The position numbers and the translations under genes were made by a program. Under the pieces are notes generated by a model. It was not told the DNA's origin and did not search any database. It worked only from the letters and a program-made list of their open reading frames with translations. Of a stretch of 64,000 nt of DNA, positions 40,241-54,241 are shown piece after piece. Position 1 is the first letter of the stretch. Each line of letters opens with the position of its first letter. Where the stretch lies: contig OX597836.1 in assembly GCA_951406725.2 (NCBI GenBank), positions 39,866,001 through 39,930,000 on the forward strand, read 5' to 3'. This DNA comes from Octopus vulgaris. Lineage: Eukaryota.

Positions 40241-41075
40241 CTGTTGCATGTAAACTACATATATCGTTAGCGTTATAGTGCTAAATGAATTACACATTCT
40301 TCGAATCCTAGTAATGATATCAAACAGCAAATGCAAAACCAAAAAAAAAAAGAGAAATAAAAAAAAAGCAAAAACAAAAAACAAAAATGCCTTTATCGTG
40401 GTATTTCTTTCGTTCACTATTTATTTATTTTATCGGTTCTCGAGCCAAGATCTGCTGGAACCAATTTTCTTCTAATGATCCATGCTTAGTTATACTCATT
40501 TGCTTCTTCCTTTCACTTTCGCTTTTGTTTTTACTTTCTTTTGGTTGTCTTACCAACAGACTTTGGACAGAACTGGCAATTCCCCATCATCAATTACCAA
40601 TTATTCATTATTCATTATTCATTTTTCATTTCCCTTCATTTTTGTTTTTTGTTACGTGTGTTTTTTCATTGTTTTTTATCCACATTTAACAATTTTCTCC
40701 CTTTAATGAAGCATGTTGCTGTATTTACCATTTACCATTTACCATTTACCATTTGCTATTTACCATCCACTCTGCCAGATCGTCTCCTCCTCTTGAAATA
40801 TTAACGAACATTTACGCGGTAGCTCAATCTGCTAGGAATAGGAACGACAGCCAAATTTTTCCTATAAAAACACCCTATCAGCCAACTTCAAACGAACACT
40901 GTGTAGGGCTTGTTGAAAGGGAAATTTGTATCTAGGACCACACACGATGTATCTAGGAATATTCATGATGAATACAAGGGTACATTATGTGTAATTCAGT
41001 TTTCTGGTGAGCTCAACAGAATTCATTGAACATTTATAATTTTCTAGCAACTTAGTAATTTAATGTAATCCTTGA

Positions 41076-41157
<82 letters not shown>

Positions 41158-41212
41158 GTAGTAGTAGTAGTAGTAGTAGTAACAACAACAACAACAACAA
41201 CAATAACAATAA

Positions 41213-41261
<49 letters not shown>

Positions 41262-41305
41262 TTTACCCCAGTGTCACTTTGATGGCATGCACTGCTCTCT
41301 CACTC
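41262..41305 (+). mobile_element. 5'-truncated stub of TAA-targeting element (same 3' end as 44033-44504)
   Basis: TTTTACCCCAGTGTCACTTTGATGGCATGCACTGCTCTCTCACTC between (AAT)n tracts. Confidence 0.85.
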
Positions 41306-41376
<71 letters not shown>

Positions 41377-41410
41377 TAATTATAATAATAATAATAATAA
41401 TAATAATAAT

Positions 41411-41445
<35 letters not shown>

Positions 41446-41477
41446 TAATTATAATAATAATAATAATTATAATAATG

Positions 41478-41556
<79 letters not shown>

Positions 41557-41576
41557 TAATAATAATAATAATAATA

Positions 41577-41863
41577 AGCCTTAGATATTCTGATTGATAG
41601 AGCGAATAATGCAGATGTTGACAAAGCCCTGACCCATCAATGGCTAATGGCCTCTGGCTTAAAATCTGATACAAAAGGGTTTATCATAGCAGCTCAAGAT
41701 CAATGCCTACCTACAAGGAACTACCAGGCCAACATATTAAAGAACGGCAGTAGCCCAAAATGTCGTGTATGTCAACAACAAAATGAAACCATTGATCATG
41801 TTGTCTCCAACTGCAGTCTTCTTGCGCCTACAGAATATCTCAACAGACTCGATAGAGCTGCAC
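41577..41863 (+). pseudogene. R4/Dong-like LINE fragment with CCHC zinc knuckle
   Basis: HQWLMASGLKSDTKGFIIAAQDQCLPTRNY..CRVCQQQNETIDHVVSNC; starts right after (AAT)n. Confidence 0.88.
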
Positions 41864-41884
41864 TCTTGCTTGATCACTATCTAC

Positions 41885-41960
<76 letters not shown>

Positions 41961-42768
41961 TGAGCAAGCGAGTGTAAACTGCTAGCATCTATCACGCTTT
42001 CACCAACAGTTTTAGCTCATCTCTTGAACCTGCGGAACATCGAAGATTTGACGGTTGGAAACAGAAAGGATTGCTCCAAAATCTGGATGGCAATCATTTT
42101 TATCTCAGTAGCTAGGAATAGCATGAAATGAAGTATCTTGCTCAAGGATACAGCTTGTTTACGAATGTCTATTTGAATTAAATAAATATGTAGAATGAAC
42201 ATAAAATACACAAGAAAAAAATTAGAAAAATATTACTTTACAGCGGAGTAATTACCAGGTAAGTGTCTTGATCTGATAGCATGTGTTGAAACAAAAATGA
42301 TTGCAGCGTGGCAAGGCATTCAAAAACAAACAAAGCCCGTTAATTTCACTTAAACATTTACTGTTTGTAATATAGTGTCAAAATTTTTATGGCTCGAAAC
42401 TGTGACCTAGTTGCTAACAACGTTATCCGTTTCGTCGACTCTTCACCTCATCAGCCGCCGTTGAAAACAATACATAGTAGTTGTCGTAGGCATTTGAGTT
42501 GACCACGAACTGCCAAAGGATCGAAGCGGTTACTTTTTATATTACCCGAGAAATAAGCGATTAACAAACTTTCGAAAGCTATCGACTACATACTCCTAAA
42601 ACGCTATAGGTTGGGGTCACTTAAATACATGACAGGGGTTACACAGAAATTAAACGAATGTGTGCGCACAGTACAGCAACATAGTATGTATGTATACTAT
42701 GTATAATTGGTATGTATGCATGTAGGTACTGATCAATGTATGTATATTCATTTATATATACGTGTATG

Positions 42769-42802
<34 letters not shown>

Positions 42803-42853
42803 TATATACATATATGCACATATATATATATATATATACATACGTATATATAT

Positions 42854-42912
<59 letters not shown>

Positions 42913-43350
42913 TGTGAGTATGAGTATGTGTGTGTGTGTGTGTGTGCGCGCGCGGCGTTTGTTCTCGAAGTCGAAATTTCAAACTTTGCTGTTTCCAGTA
43001 TCATACTTGGCCATCTATCAAGTGATTTATCATTTTCCTGATGTAATGCCTTTATGTGTGTGCATGTATGTATGCGCGTGTTTTTTTTATGTGTGTGTGT
43101 GTGTGTGTGTGTGCCTGTGTGTGTTTGTGTTTGCATGTGTGTGTGTATGTGTGTGTATGTGTGTGTGTGTGTGTGTGCGCGCGTGTTTGTGTGTATGTAT
43201 GTGTTTGTTATGAAATTGTATCACATTTCAGACAGTCTAATTATATAACGAACCCATTTAACTGTTGTTATCTAAATGTTGTACTTTCATTATCTCAACT
43301 CATGACACCTTTCGCTCACTAGTGCTGATGGTAGTGATGTATATATGTAC

Positions 43351-43382
<32 letters not shown>

Positions 43383-43680
43383 ATACATACTAAAAACATT
43401 CAGTGTGTGGCCTCTCTGATACGTTTAATGTTTTAGCGAGGTAAATGATGACATGTTCACTTGGCTAGTTGCCTGCATTATTATGCACTTCTTTCGCTTT
43501 ATCTTGCAGTCAAAACAATCGATAATTTAAGGCGCTGAAATAAATGTAGAATTCAACTCTTTGACCGGAACCGCGATAAAAGAACCAATCTTTTGCTGAG
43601 TTCTATAGAAGTCATTGAATATTTACAATTTTCTATCAACTTCTGAGTATAGGATTGTTCTTATTTGGCATGATGATGAC

Positions 43681-43970
<290 letters not shown>

Positions 43971-43987
43971 TAATAATAATAATAATG

Positions 43988-44032
<45 letters not shown>

Positions 44033-44035
<3 letters not shown>

Positions 44036-44504
44036 GTATAAAAGATGGGCTACAGCAAATATTCTGCTCAATACCACAGATTTGCTTGTCAGTTGTTTGA
44101 CTTTAACCAGTTGAGCATATCCCTTAGTGGCTGACGATATGTGCATCTCTGATCACGAGCAGAAGTAGTGGGGGAGCATCATAGCTATGTGTTGAGAGGG
44201 ATTCTTTGGGGTTTGAATAATTCACCTCTGGAAACATGGGTGGTTCTTTCAACATCCTTAAACAACCCTTATTCAGGGACCTTTTGAGCGGGATGGGCTA
44301 CACAACCTGAAGAAAATTCTAACTGGGCCCCACCTGCAAGGTCATGTGCTGTTTATCTTGATATGAGATCACCATGTCGCGCACATATGGTTGTGATGCA
44401 TGTGCCTGGTGTACCCTTATCAGACAGGTAGTCATGATAGGTATATTGGGCTTCATATATTTTACCCCAGTGTCACTTTGATGGCATGCACTGCTCTCTC
44501 ACTC
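44033..44504 (+). mobile_element. Second TAA-inserted element (non-coding 3' portion, class uncertain)
   Basis: ~470-bp unique segment bracketed by (AAT)n; 3' end identical to 41262-41305. Confidence 0.7.
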
Positions 44505-44579
<75 letters not shown>

Positions 44580-44873
44580 TTAATGATGAGCAGGAGGAAG
44601 TGGGATAAGAGGGGAAGAAAATAGGGAAGAAAAGGAGAAAGAATGGGATGCACGTCTCATTTTACGGAAACTTTAAACTAGATACGACCTGCCATTTTAA
44701 CGTTCCCATCATTCGACACCTTTCAGGTGGAGCACCACCTTTAATCGAGTAAATCGACCCCCAGGACTTATTCTTTTTAAGCCTAGTACTTATTCTATCG
44801 ATCTCTTTTGCCGAACTGCTAAGTTACGGGGACTTAAACACACCAGCATCGGTTGTCAAGCGAAGACACACAA

Positions 44874-44904
<31 letters not shown>

Positions 44905-44972
44905 CACACATATATTTCAACAATTGAGGGTAAAATTAATTAATTAATCAATTTCACCAAGTACACACACAC

Positions 44973-45171
44973 ACTGAACATTAGAAATACACTAAAAAAA
45001 CTTTTCAAAACTATTTCCAATACTTAAAGAAAACCTCTCTCATATAGTGTTTGCTCAATTCAACTCACAACTTGTGAGTTGAATTGAGCAAACACTATAG
45101 AGAGAGGTTTTCTTTAAGTATTGGAAATAGTTTGTGAAAAAGTTTTTAGCTGCTATTTCTAATGAGTTCAG
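44973..45171. repeat. Near-perfect ~200-bp palindrome, centre 45071
   Basis: ..TTGCTCAATTCAACTCACAA-C-TTGTGAGTTGAATTGAGCAA.. Confidence 0.92.
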
Positions 45172-45185
45172 TATGCGGCAAGTAA

Positions 45186-45219
<34 letters not shown>

Positions 45220-45682
45220 TGAGATAGGGGTTGTGAGTGCGTTTGACCCTGATGTTCATAAGTAGTGGGTCAATAAAATATGTGATTGGGTATTATCTGG
45301 TAGTTGATTATTGATTAAGTTGTATTATATATATTATATATTATATATATATGTTTCTGTCTACTAATTCCACTTACAAGGCTTTGGTCGGCCAGAGACT
45401 ATATTAAAAGACACTTGCCCAAGGTGCCACGCAGTGGGAATGAACCCGGAACCATAATCACAAATCTTAATGAAAATCTTTTGTTGTACCTCTGCTTGAA
45501 ATTTGGTGGCATCGGGTGTGACAGTACACCCAATACAACAACCACCAGGTGTCACTGATATGATGGACTCTCTCGTCGGAGACGACGTATGAGCGTTCAG
45601 CCCTTTACCGAACGACCTGCACAATTGGTTTGATTATTGTGATTAAATGTTCGTGCCGTACATTAGTTCACTCCAAGCATCA

Positions 45683-46017
45683 GGAGGCGCAATGGCTCCG
45701 TGGTTAGGGCAGCGGACTCGCGGTTTCGATTCCCAGACCGGGCGTTGTGTGTGTTTATTGAGTGAAAACACCTAAAGCTCTACGAGGCTGCGGCAGGGGC
45801 TGGTGGCGACCTCTGTTGTACTCTTTCGCCCCAACTTTCTCTCACTCTTTCTTCCTGTTTCTTGTCCCCGACTTCCTAAGCAACCGCTGAGCCTGGATGC
45901 GCATTCATCCATCCGTCGATGCTCTACTGCGGGTCTTACGAATAGCAAAGGACCACGTTTCGGATTTCTCCCTCGAAGACCGCTTCGCTCAACAAACAAA
46001 CAAACAAACACAAACAA
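45683..46017 (+). mobile_element. SINE family C head with third tail type ending (CAAA)n
   Basis: GGAGGCGCAATGGCTCCGTGGTTAGGG head; imperfect TSD CTCCAAGCATCA/CTCCCAGGATCA. Confidence 0.8.
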
Positions 46018-46478
46018 GCTCCCAGGATCAAAACCATGTTACCTGAACAGGTGCACGGTGTACCATGTGTCAGGTGTCGGAGCGATCACAGAGCAACGTG
46101 AGATGAAGTGTTTTACTCAAGAACACAACGGTCAAGGAAGTGAAACCAAATATTCGCGATCGTGGGCGGTACAGCCTAAGTACTAGGCCATAGGATTCCG
46201 TCTAATGACGTAATGTAAATGGTATGTGCTAGGGTTGGTTTACCACTAAGACTCTAGCTTTAACAGTAACTAAAACAAAGGCCGCATTGTAGTTGCCTAG
46301 AAAAGAATGTCTATAAATGATTCATCATTGAGCAGGTAGATATATATAAGAAAGAAAGATCTGCTGTAAGAGACTTTATGCATTATTTCTTAATCTCTTA
46401 TTGACTATACTTTGCAATTATGTCTGAATTGTTAATTACATGCTCTAAAGTAAAACCACTTGTTTTTCTTGTTTCTTT

Positions 46479-46566
<88 letters not shown>

Positions 46567-46569
<3 letters not shown>

Positions 46570-46983
46570 TATTCTTTTATTCTTTTACTTGTTTCAGTCA
46601 TTTGACTGCGGCCATGCTGGAGCACCGCCTTTAATCGAGCAACTCGACCCCGGGACTTATTCTTTTGTAAGCCCAGTACTTATTCTATCGGTCTCTTTTG
46701 CCGAACCGCTAAGTAACGGGGACGTAAACACACCAGCATCGGTTGTCAAGCAATGCTAGGAGGACAAACACAGACACAAACACACACACGCATATATATA
46801 TATATATATATATACATATATACGACGGGCTTCTTTCAGTTTCCGTCTACCAAATCCATTCACAAGGCTTTGGTCGGCCCGAGGCTATAGTAGAAGACAC
46901 TTGCCCAAGGTGCCACGCAGTGGGACTGAACCCGGAACCATGTGGCTGGTAAACAAGCTACCTACCACACAGCCACTCCTGAG

Positions 46984-46985
<2 letters not shown>
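46567..46985 (-). mobile_element. SINE family D, full length
   Basis: Reverse complement of 38947-39345. Confidence 0.95.
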
Positions 46986-47018
<33 letters not shown>

Positions 47019-47034
47019 GTATGTATATATATAT

Positions 47035-47331
47035 ATCACGTGACCGACCAGGCTATCAGATGTTGCTACACATCGCTGGTCACAATGCGCTTCGCATTGT
47101 TTTAGCCTTCAAATGACGCCACCCCGCTGGCTAAGTGAGAAGGCCGACAGAAGAAAGAGAGAAAGCTGTGGCAAAAGAGTACATCAGGGATCGCCACCTG
47201 CCCCTGCCGGAGCATCGTGGAGCTTTAGGTGTTTTCGCTCAATAAACATTCACAATGCCCGGTCAGGGAAGCCAAACCGCGATCCTATGACCACGAGTCC
47301 GCTGCCCAAACCACTGGCCCATTGCGCCTCC
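47035..47331 (-). mobile_element. SINE family C head with fourth tail type
   Basis: Head reverse of 23242; tail shared with 31304 and 52159. Confidence 0.85.
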
Positions 47332-47345
47332 ACACACACACACAT

Positions 47346-47411
<66 letters not shown>

Positions 47412-47514
47412 GTATATTTATATATATATATATATATATGAACGTGTGTGTGTGTATGCGTATGTAACAGAATAAATTAGTAAATACATAAAATTACTAC
47501 AACAAGAAATTCTA

Positions 47515-48420
47515 AAACAGACCATTTGTAGCTAGTTTCAGCATGCCCTACCCATCGTCTAAGCAATTTTGTTGGCATTATTTTGAAGCCATCATGTACC
47601 AAAAAACCAAGTTTCATTCGGGATAAAATTTAATTCCTTTCCCGTCTTTCCAAAGCATCAGAATTGAACACGATCTTGCTTAATTTTGATGTTCTAAGCC
47701 TCTACTGATATAATCCACACAATTTAGGAATAAAGGCGATTACATATTGTATTAATAAACATTGATAAAAGTGACTTCCAGTAAATTCACCATGGTAATA
47801 TGAGATGCAGTCAAACTTATTCTTGAAAGCAAAAATTTTTGTTTTTCATTGAAAATAATTATCTTCAAATTAAAGTCACAACGATTGGGGCCAAATCGCC
47901 CACTTTATGATACCCCAGTACTTAGAACAGCTATATCAATGAGTTGAAAAAAGTGCGGTACTGCTTTTAGAATAGTGAATGGAAGAGATATTTCGATGAC
48001 TGTTTCATTATCTGGGTAAAATCTCTAGATACTTTGACAGTACTCCTCCGAATAATCCGCACCCAACTCTGAAAGATACAAAGGAGCTGAGCAATAAATA
48101 TTTATCGTTCCTTGACGTAATGGTAATTAAAAATAACACAATCAACACTACTCATATGTATTATACTGTCAGGCCAGGAAAATGTGTACCATTGTTGATA
48201 TAGATACCAGAGACAACGTCTCACAGAACTCAAATGATTTCTACCCAAAGAAAAATAACCATCCCTACTTATAGAAAAATTATATACTGCGTGTGAACAA
48301 ATGGCTATGGAACAACTTAGAGCAATCAAGAAAGACCACAAAAACAAAACATCATACCAGTTATATGTCACCAAAAATATTTTTGACAACACCAAATCAA
48401 AGTTGCTCATCACCAGTCAA
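47515..48420 (+). pseudogene. Decayed Penelope-like reverse transcriptase
   Basis: Manual translation: ACPTHRLSNFVGIILKP..SFIRD; ILLNFDVLSLY; YLQIKVTTIGAK; WKRYFDDCFIIW (47980-48015); LSFLDVMV; RLTELK*FL; many stops and frameshifts. Confidence 0.85.
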
Positions 48421-48540
48421 AGTAACGCACTAAAAACATTTAATTACTTATATATATATATATTTAAACATAATTCATAGTGTAATAATAAATTATTATT
48501 AACAGTGGCCTAGCACAAAAAACGAATTAGTCATTAGGCT

Positions 48541-48887
48541 CTCTTTTACTCTGTTACTCTTTTACTTGTTTCAGTCATATGACTGCGGTCATGCTGGAGC
48601 ACCGCCTTTAATCGAGCAACTCGACCCCAGTACTTATTCTATCGGTCTCTTTTGCTGAAACCGGTAAGTAACGGGGAAATAAACACACCAGCATCGGTTG
48701 TCAAGCAATGCTAGGGAGAAAAACACAGACACACAAACACACACACGCATATATATATATACATATATACGACGGGCTTCTTTCAGTTTCCGTCTACCAA
48801 ATCCACTCACAAGGCTTTGGTCGGGGCGAGGCTATAGTAGAAGACACTTGCTCAAGGTGCCACGCAGTGGGACTGAACCCGGAACCG
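48541..48887 (-). mobile_element. SINE family D, 5'-truncated
   Basis: Homology to 38947-39345. Confidence 0.9.
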
Positions 48888-49027
48888 TGATTATTCATAT
48901 AGAAATACAATAAGAGGCTTCCAAATAGGAAAGCGTTGTGCTAGAAAGAGCAGTAGAAATCTCGAAAACCACAAAAAAGGATAAATTCTAGAAAGGAATG
49001 AAAATTAAAAACGTTTACCATCTCAAC

Positions 49028-49069
<42 letters not shown>

Positions 49070-49332
49070 GGAATCTCCCATCGAAGACGACTCATGATTT
49101 GAGTTGTACAGTTTGTAAAATAGTAATATTATAAACAGATTTGACCACATTTTTTCTAAATGCTTGCTTAATGGGATCTGACGAACATCAGTTTCTCTAA
49201 TTTTCTCTCATGCACCAAATGGCAATTGCTATAAAGCATTCGTGAAGTAAAATCATGTAGCAACACCAAATGGCGGTGCCCCAGCATGGCCACAGCTTGT
49301 GAGCTGAAACTAGATAAAAATAAAAAAATAAA

Positions 49333-49521
49333 TAGTTTTAATATAATTTTTAATATATCGACCGGTTTCGCTATTCATGCTATTAAGGTTTACTTATTTG
49401 AATACGTATTTTTTTAAGAAGAAATTTTTGTCCATGTTTTGTGTGACAATATTTACCAGTGAGATATCATGAATAGCGGAAGCGAAACCGGTCGATATAT
49501 TAAAAATGATATTAAAACTAT
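49333..49521. mobile_element. Fold-back Penelope-like fragment with partial hammerhead
   Basis: TTTTAATATATCGACCGGTTTCGCT mirrored at ~49481-49505; ATATC..ATGA..GC-GGAA-GC-GAAA-CCGG-TC-GATAT. Confidence 0.6.
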
Positions 49522-49558
49522 GTAAAGTGTGTGTATTTTCCTTTTTTTTAAATTTCTT

Positions 49559-49597
<39 letters not shown>

Positions 49598-49913
49598 GTA
49601 TACGCATGCATAAATATACATACGAGACCACTCAAACACAAACAAATGTGGATGGCAATTATTGTATGGATAATATTCCAAACTCCTGAACTGTGGATCA
49701 GCATTCCACTGTAGTGATGATGGTATCTTGAAAAACGCAACAGTAGGAAACTGTTCTGTGATGGTAAGAGGAGGCAAGTTAGAAGGCGGTAACAGGAAAC
49801 ATAAACATATAACCGTGTGTGTGCATAGTTACGGATATATATATATATATATATTCATATATAAATGTACACATAAGTGCATATATATACATATTTGTAC
49901 ATATATATGTATT

Positions 49914-49958
<45 letters not shown>

Positions 49959-49960
<2 letters not shown>

Positions 49961-50120
49961 CACTCACTATTGTAATTAAGTAAATTTGTCCACCTGCATA
50001 TGCAAATATTTTTAAACATTAGTGCCAATTTTGTAAATATATATCTATTTATGTATGTATATATATCATGTTGTGCATATGCATTTATATATATGTGCAT
50101 ATACATATATATGATATGTA

Positions 50121-50156
<36 letters not shown>

Positions 50157-50181
50157 ATATATATATATATATATATATATG

Positions 50182-50253
<72 letters not shown>

Positions 50254-50331
50254 ATATATTGCACTCGCTACTGTAATTAAGCAAATTTGTACACCTGCAT
50301 ATGCAAATATTTATAAACACCGGTGCCAATT
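49959..50331. repeat. ~73-bp direct duplication (49959-50031, 50259-50331) separated by (AT)n
   Basis: TGCACTC..TGTAATTAAG..CACCTGCATATGCAAATATTT..GTGCCAATT twice. Confidence 0.85.
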
Positions 50332-50853
50332 CTCAGTCAGTCATGGCTTACACAGGCAATCCCTCTGTAACCGAAACCAAAGTTGAAGCCAGCGCTGCAG
50401 GCGGTTGTTTCAGACATTGTAGCTCTTCAATCTTGAAGATGAAAAACAAATGTGGCTACTAAATGAAGTGTTTTAGAACAGCACTTCAGCGAAAATAGCT
50501 TTCGGCCATGTAAGTGCAGCAGGGCAAACAACTTGATGGTCAGAGAATATATCATAGAAATTTGTATCTGTTTTCCCCACATCTCTAATTCCTCACTATA
50601 TTTCAGTTTATCTCTTTCCATCTCACCGTCTCTTTCTCCCCCCCCCCCACTCATGTCTCTCCCTCTCTCTCTCTGTGTCAGCTAGTAAAAGGATGCTAGA
50701 TTAGATATGGCGATTTGCCATTAGTTTTCTGGAGTATCAGGTGAAAACCCTCCTATATACCAGTAAGTAAGACGATATTCTCGGAAGATCTACAACGTTT
50801 CTCCTTCAAGCTAGACATCAATCATGATTACCTGAGCACAAATGAAACACACG

Positions 50854-50893
<40 letters not shown>

Positions 50894-51046
50894 GAAGCAC
50901 CACACAATGTTTAACGAAGATCATATTGTCTTTCTCCAGCTCGCTCACAGTATATATATATATATATAAAGATGTGTCATTTGTGTGAACGTGTGGAGGC
51001 ATATGTTTGTGTGCACACAACTGCGTGCGTATATGCATCTGTGCAT

Positions 51047-51087
<41 letters not shown>

Positions 51088-51528
51088 CATACATACATAC
51101 ACATATTATTGTTATTTACGAGGTAATACCTAATATCAGAATCGTTTCAATGCCTTTCTGTATTTTCACAAAGTTTGTCGGATATTTACTCGTTAATAAA
51201 TGAAATATTGACACTTCACATACGCTACTGGAGAGTACTCGGTAGCTATCTATCTACCTCTCAGTCTATCAGTCAATATATATATATATATGAAGGTAAA
51301 GATAGACAGGCAGAGAGAGATCAGGCTAGTTACATATGTCAAAAGAAAGCACATTTGATATAAAGTATTATTCAGTTAGATTGTTTGTATGCGTTTCTAT
51401 AAAAACTAGGCTATCAATCAATTTACTGCAAGGTCCATACTATTTGGTTTTAGCCCGAAGATTCAATCTTCAGACGTCTGCACGCTATTACCTAAGCTCT
51501 ATGTACTCATGTATACTCTGTATCTCTC

Positions 51529-51687
<159 letters not shown>

Positions 51688-51902
51688 GTACGTGTTCATA
51701 TACGTATACATGTAAAGGGAGAGAACAAAGATAGAATTCCTTTTAACGGAATTGTATCAATTTGTATCAGTGACATTGGTTTCTGGCAGAAGTAATCCTG
51801 TATTTAGTCAATCAAGGACTGAAGTACAAAAGGAACTGATGTCGCTCTGCTAAAAGATATATGTGTGTGTGTATGTGCGTGGGTTGTGTACGATTGTGTG
51901 TG

Positions 51903-51935
<33 letters not shown>

Positions 51936-52070
51936 CTGTGTGTGTACGCGCTCGTTTGTGTGTATATGTGTGTATATGTATACAGACATCTATACAGATA
52001 AATATTTCTGTTGCATTGTATCTATCTATCAATTTATCTCTGTCTTTATCTTTATGTATACACATTCATA

Positions 52071-52080
52071 CACACACACA

Positions 52081-52159
<79 letters not shown>

Positions 52160-52277
52160 GGCCTGCTCGCTTAGCAGCAGGGTGGCGTCACTTGAAGGCT
52201 AAAACAATGCGAAGCCCATTGTGACCAGCAATGTGTAGTAACATCTGATATCCTGGTCGGTCACGGTGATCACGGTG

Positions 52278-52308
<31 letters not shown>

Positions 52309-52519
52309 TGTATGTATAGTTTAACGTCCGATGATGATGATGATGATGATGATGATACATACATACATACATACATATATACATACATACATACATATAT
52401 ATCACCGTGATCACCGTTACCGACCAGGATATCAGATGTTACTACACATCGCTGGTCACAATGGGCTTCGCATTGTTTTAGCCTTCAAGTGACGCCACCC
52501 TGCTGCTAAGCGAGCAGGC

Positions 52520-52570
<51 letters not shown>
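52071..52570. repeat. Large inverted duplication of a SINE tail plus flanking microsatellites
   Basis: 52159-52280 mirrored at 52401-52520; (CA)n/(TG)n and (ATGT)n/(ACAT)n also mirrored. Confidence 0.92.
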
Positions 52571-52574
<4 letters not shown>

Positions 52575-52584
52575 ATACTTCAAA

Positions 52585-52760
52585 TTTACAGATAACAAAA
52601 CACGAAGACAGGTGTCGAAACAACAAGCAGGTGTATTAGTTTAACGCTCGGGAAGAATGGAAAAGTCTTTTACGTTTCGAGCCTAGGTTCTTCAAAAGAA
52701 AGGATTAAGAGTAAAAAAAAAGGAGAGAGAATGAAACAAAATAGTTTTTGTAGGGATGAC
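52585..52760 (-). mobile_element. Penelope-like fragment, degenerate hammerhead
   Basis: Reverse strand CTTT-CTTTTGA-AGAACCTAGGCTC-GAAA-CGTA-AAAG; homologous to 19119-19305. Confidence 0.5.
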
Positions 52761-53301
52761 GAAATAGCCAAAGGAAGGCTGAAAGAAAGGGAGATAATGA
52801 CAGTGACCCCGTCGAACGAATCTATTCTCGCATGAGTTTCGGTTTAAACCTTGGCAAAATGGAATACTCTATACTTGCCTTTTATCCTTTTAGGATCGAT
52901 AAAGTACGTACGAGTTGAGCATTGGGGTCGATGCAATCGACTTAACCGTTCCCTAACATTGCTGGACTTGTGCAAAAATTTGAAATCCTTATTGTTGATG
53001 ATGATGCTGTTGTTCTTATTGAAAAGCGGTAGATTTGAAAAATCACTCGAGAGTCCGACAAATTCTGTTTGTATAATAAAGACGCCCTTCAGTGAAGTAT
53101 GACGATGGGATTGTACCTTGAAAGTTACCCTCTAAGGCACATGTCCGCGTTGCTGGCCTCGTGCCTAAATCAGAGACGATTATTATGATTGATTCATGCA
53201 AAAGTTACAGAGTTTCAGGCGTATGTGATTATACACACACATCACACCTACAAATAGCTCCGGCCATCAAACACACACATATACGCACACACACACATAT
53301 A

Positions 53302-53463
53302 GGCGGTGGCGTTGTTGCGTGGTAAGAAGCTTGCCTTCCAGCTACTTGGTTCCGGCTTCAGTCCCACTGCATGGCACGATGGGCAAGTGTCTTCTACTAT
53401 AGCTTCGGGCCGACAAAAGCCTTGTGAGTGGTTTTGTTAGACTGAAACAGCAAGAAGCCCGTC

Positions 53464-53466
<3 letters not shown>
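53302..53466 (+). mobile_element. SINE family D 5' half
   Basis: CAGTCCCACTGCATGGCACGATGGGCAAGTGTCTTC. Confidence 0.85.
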
Positions 53467-53505
<39 letters not shown>

Positions 53506-53770
53506 TAAAAATTTTAAATTTTATATATTATATATTTTGTATATTATATTAATTATCATTATTTTTGTTTTGGTTTATGTTTTTCACTGTTTGATTTACC
53601 TAATAGTGGTTTTATCTCTAATTTAATTTATATCTATAGTGTGAAACTTGATATAATCCTAAATCTAATTTTTCCCTGTAAGTTTGGATTTACTCCCTAA
53701 TATTATTATTATTATAATTATTATATATATATACATATACAGAGAGAGAGAGAGAGAGAAACAGAGAGAC

Positions 53771-53833
<63 letters not shown>

Positions 53834-54241
53834 AAGGAATACGTATATAACCGTGATATCTCGAAAATTATAATAGTTTTATTATAGAAAATGGCACAGT
53901 CGTTCCAAGCGACGAGTCAAGCCATTGATGAATTTATCTAAAGTCTTTGGCCTTTGTATTCAATAATAAAATACTACACATTGTTCTTAGCCAAAGACCC
54001 GAGACAAATACTTCACGAATGAGACCATGAACACCGTCCTTTGAATATGATGGAACATTGCGGTTTGTGAGTCCATATCCACCTGTACCCTAAAAATAAC
54101 ACATTAAACTTATTAATTACAAATGGAAATTCGTATGGTCCACTGACCTGTTTTACGACAGCTCGAACAAATTAATTAAAAATGATGATTCTATGTTTGT
54201 AAAATGGTTAGAAGCATCATTTACGAAAGACTAGGAATATT

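Noticed and set aside
40500-40620. Strong splice acceptor (CCAACAG at ~40559) suggesting a coding exon
   Set aside because: Downstream sequence is low-complexity with no convincing donor or protein-like reading
42421-42460. CTGATGA..GAAA hammerhead core on - strand
   Set aside because: Could not find a stem I/III partner or cleavage triplet in any topology
50343-50520. 39-aa ORF MAYTGNPS.. with downstream GTAAGT
   Set aside because: Short, no recognisable homology, stop precedes the donor
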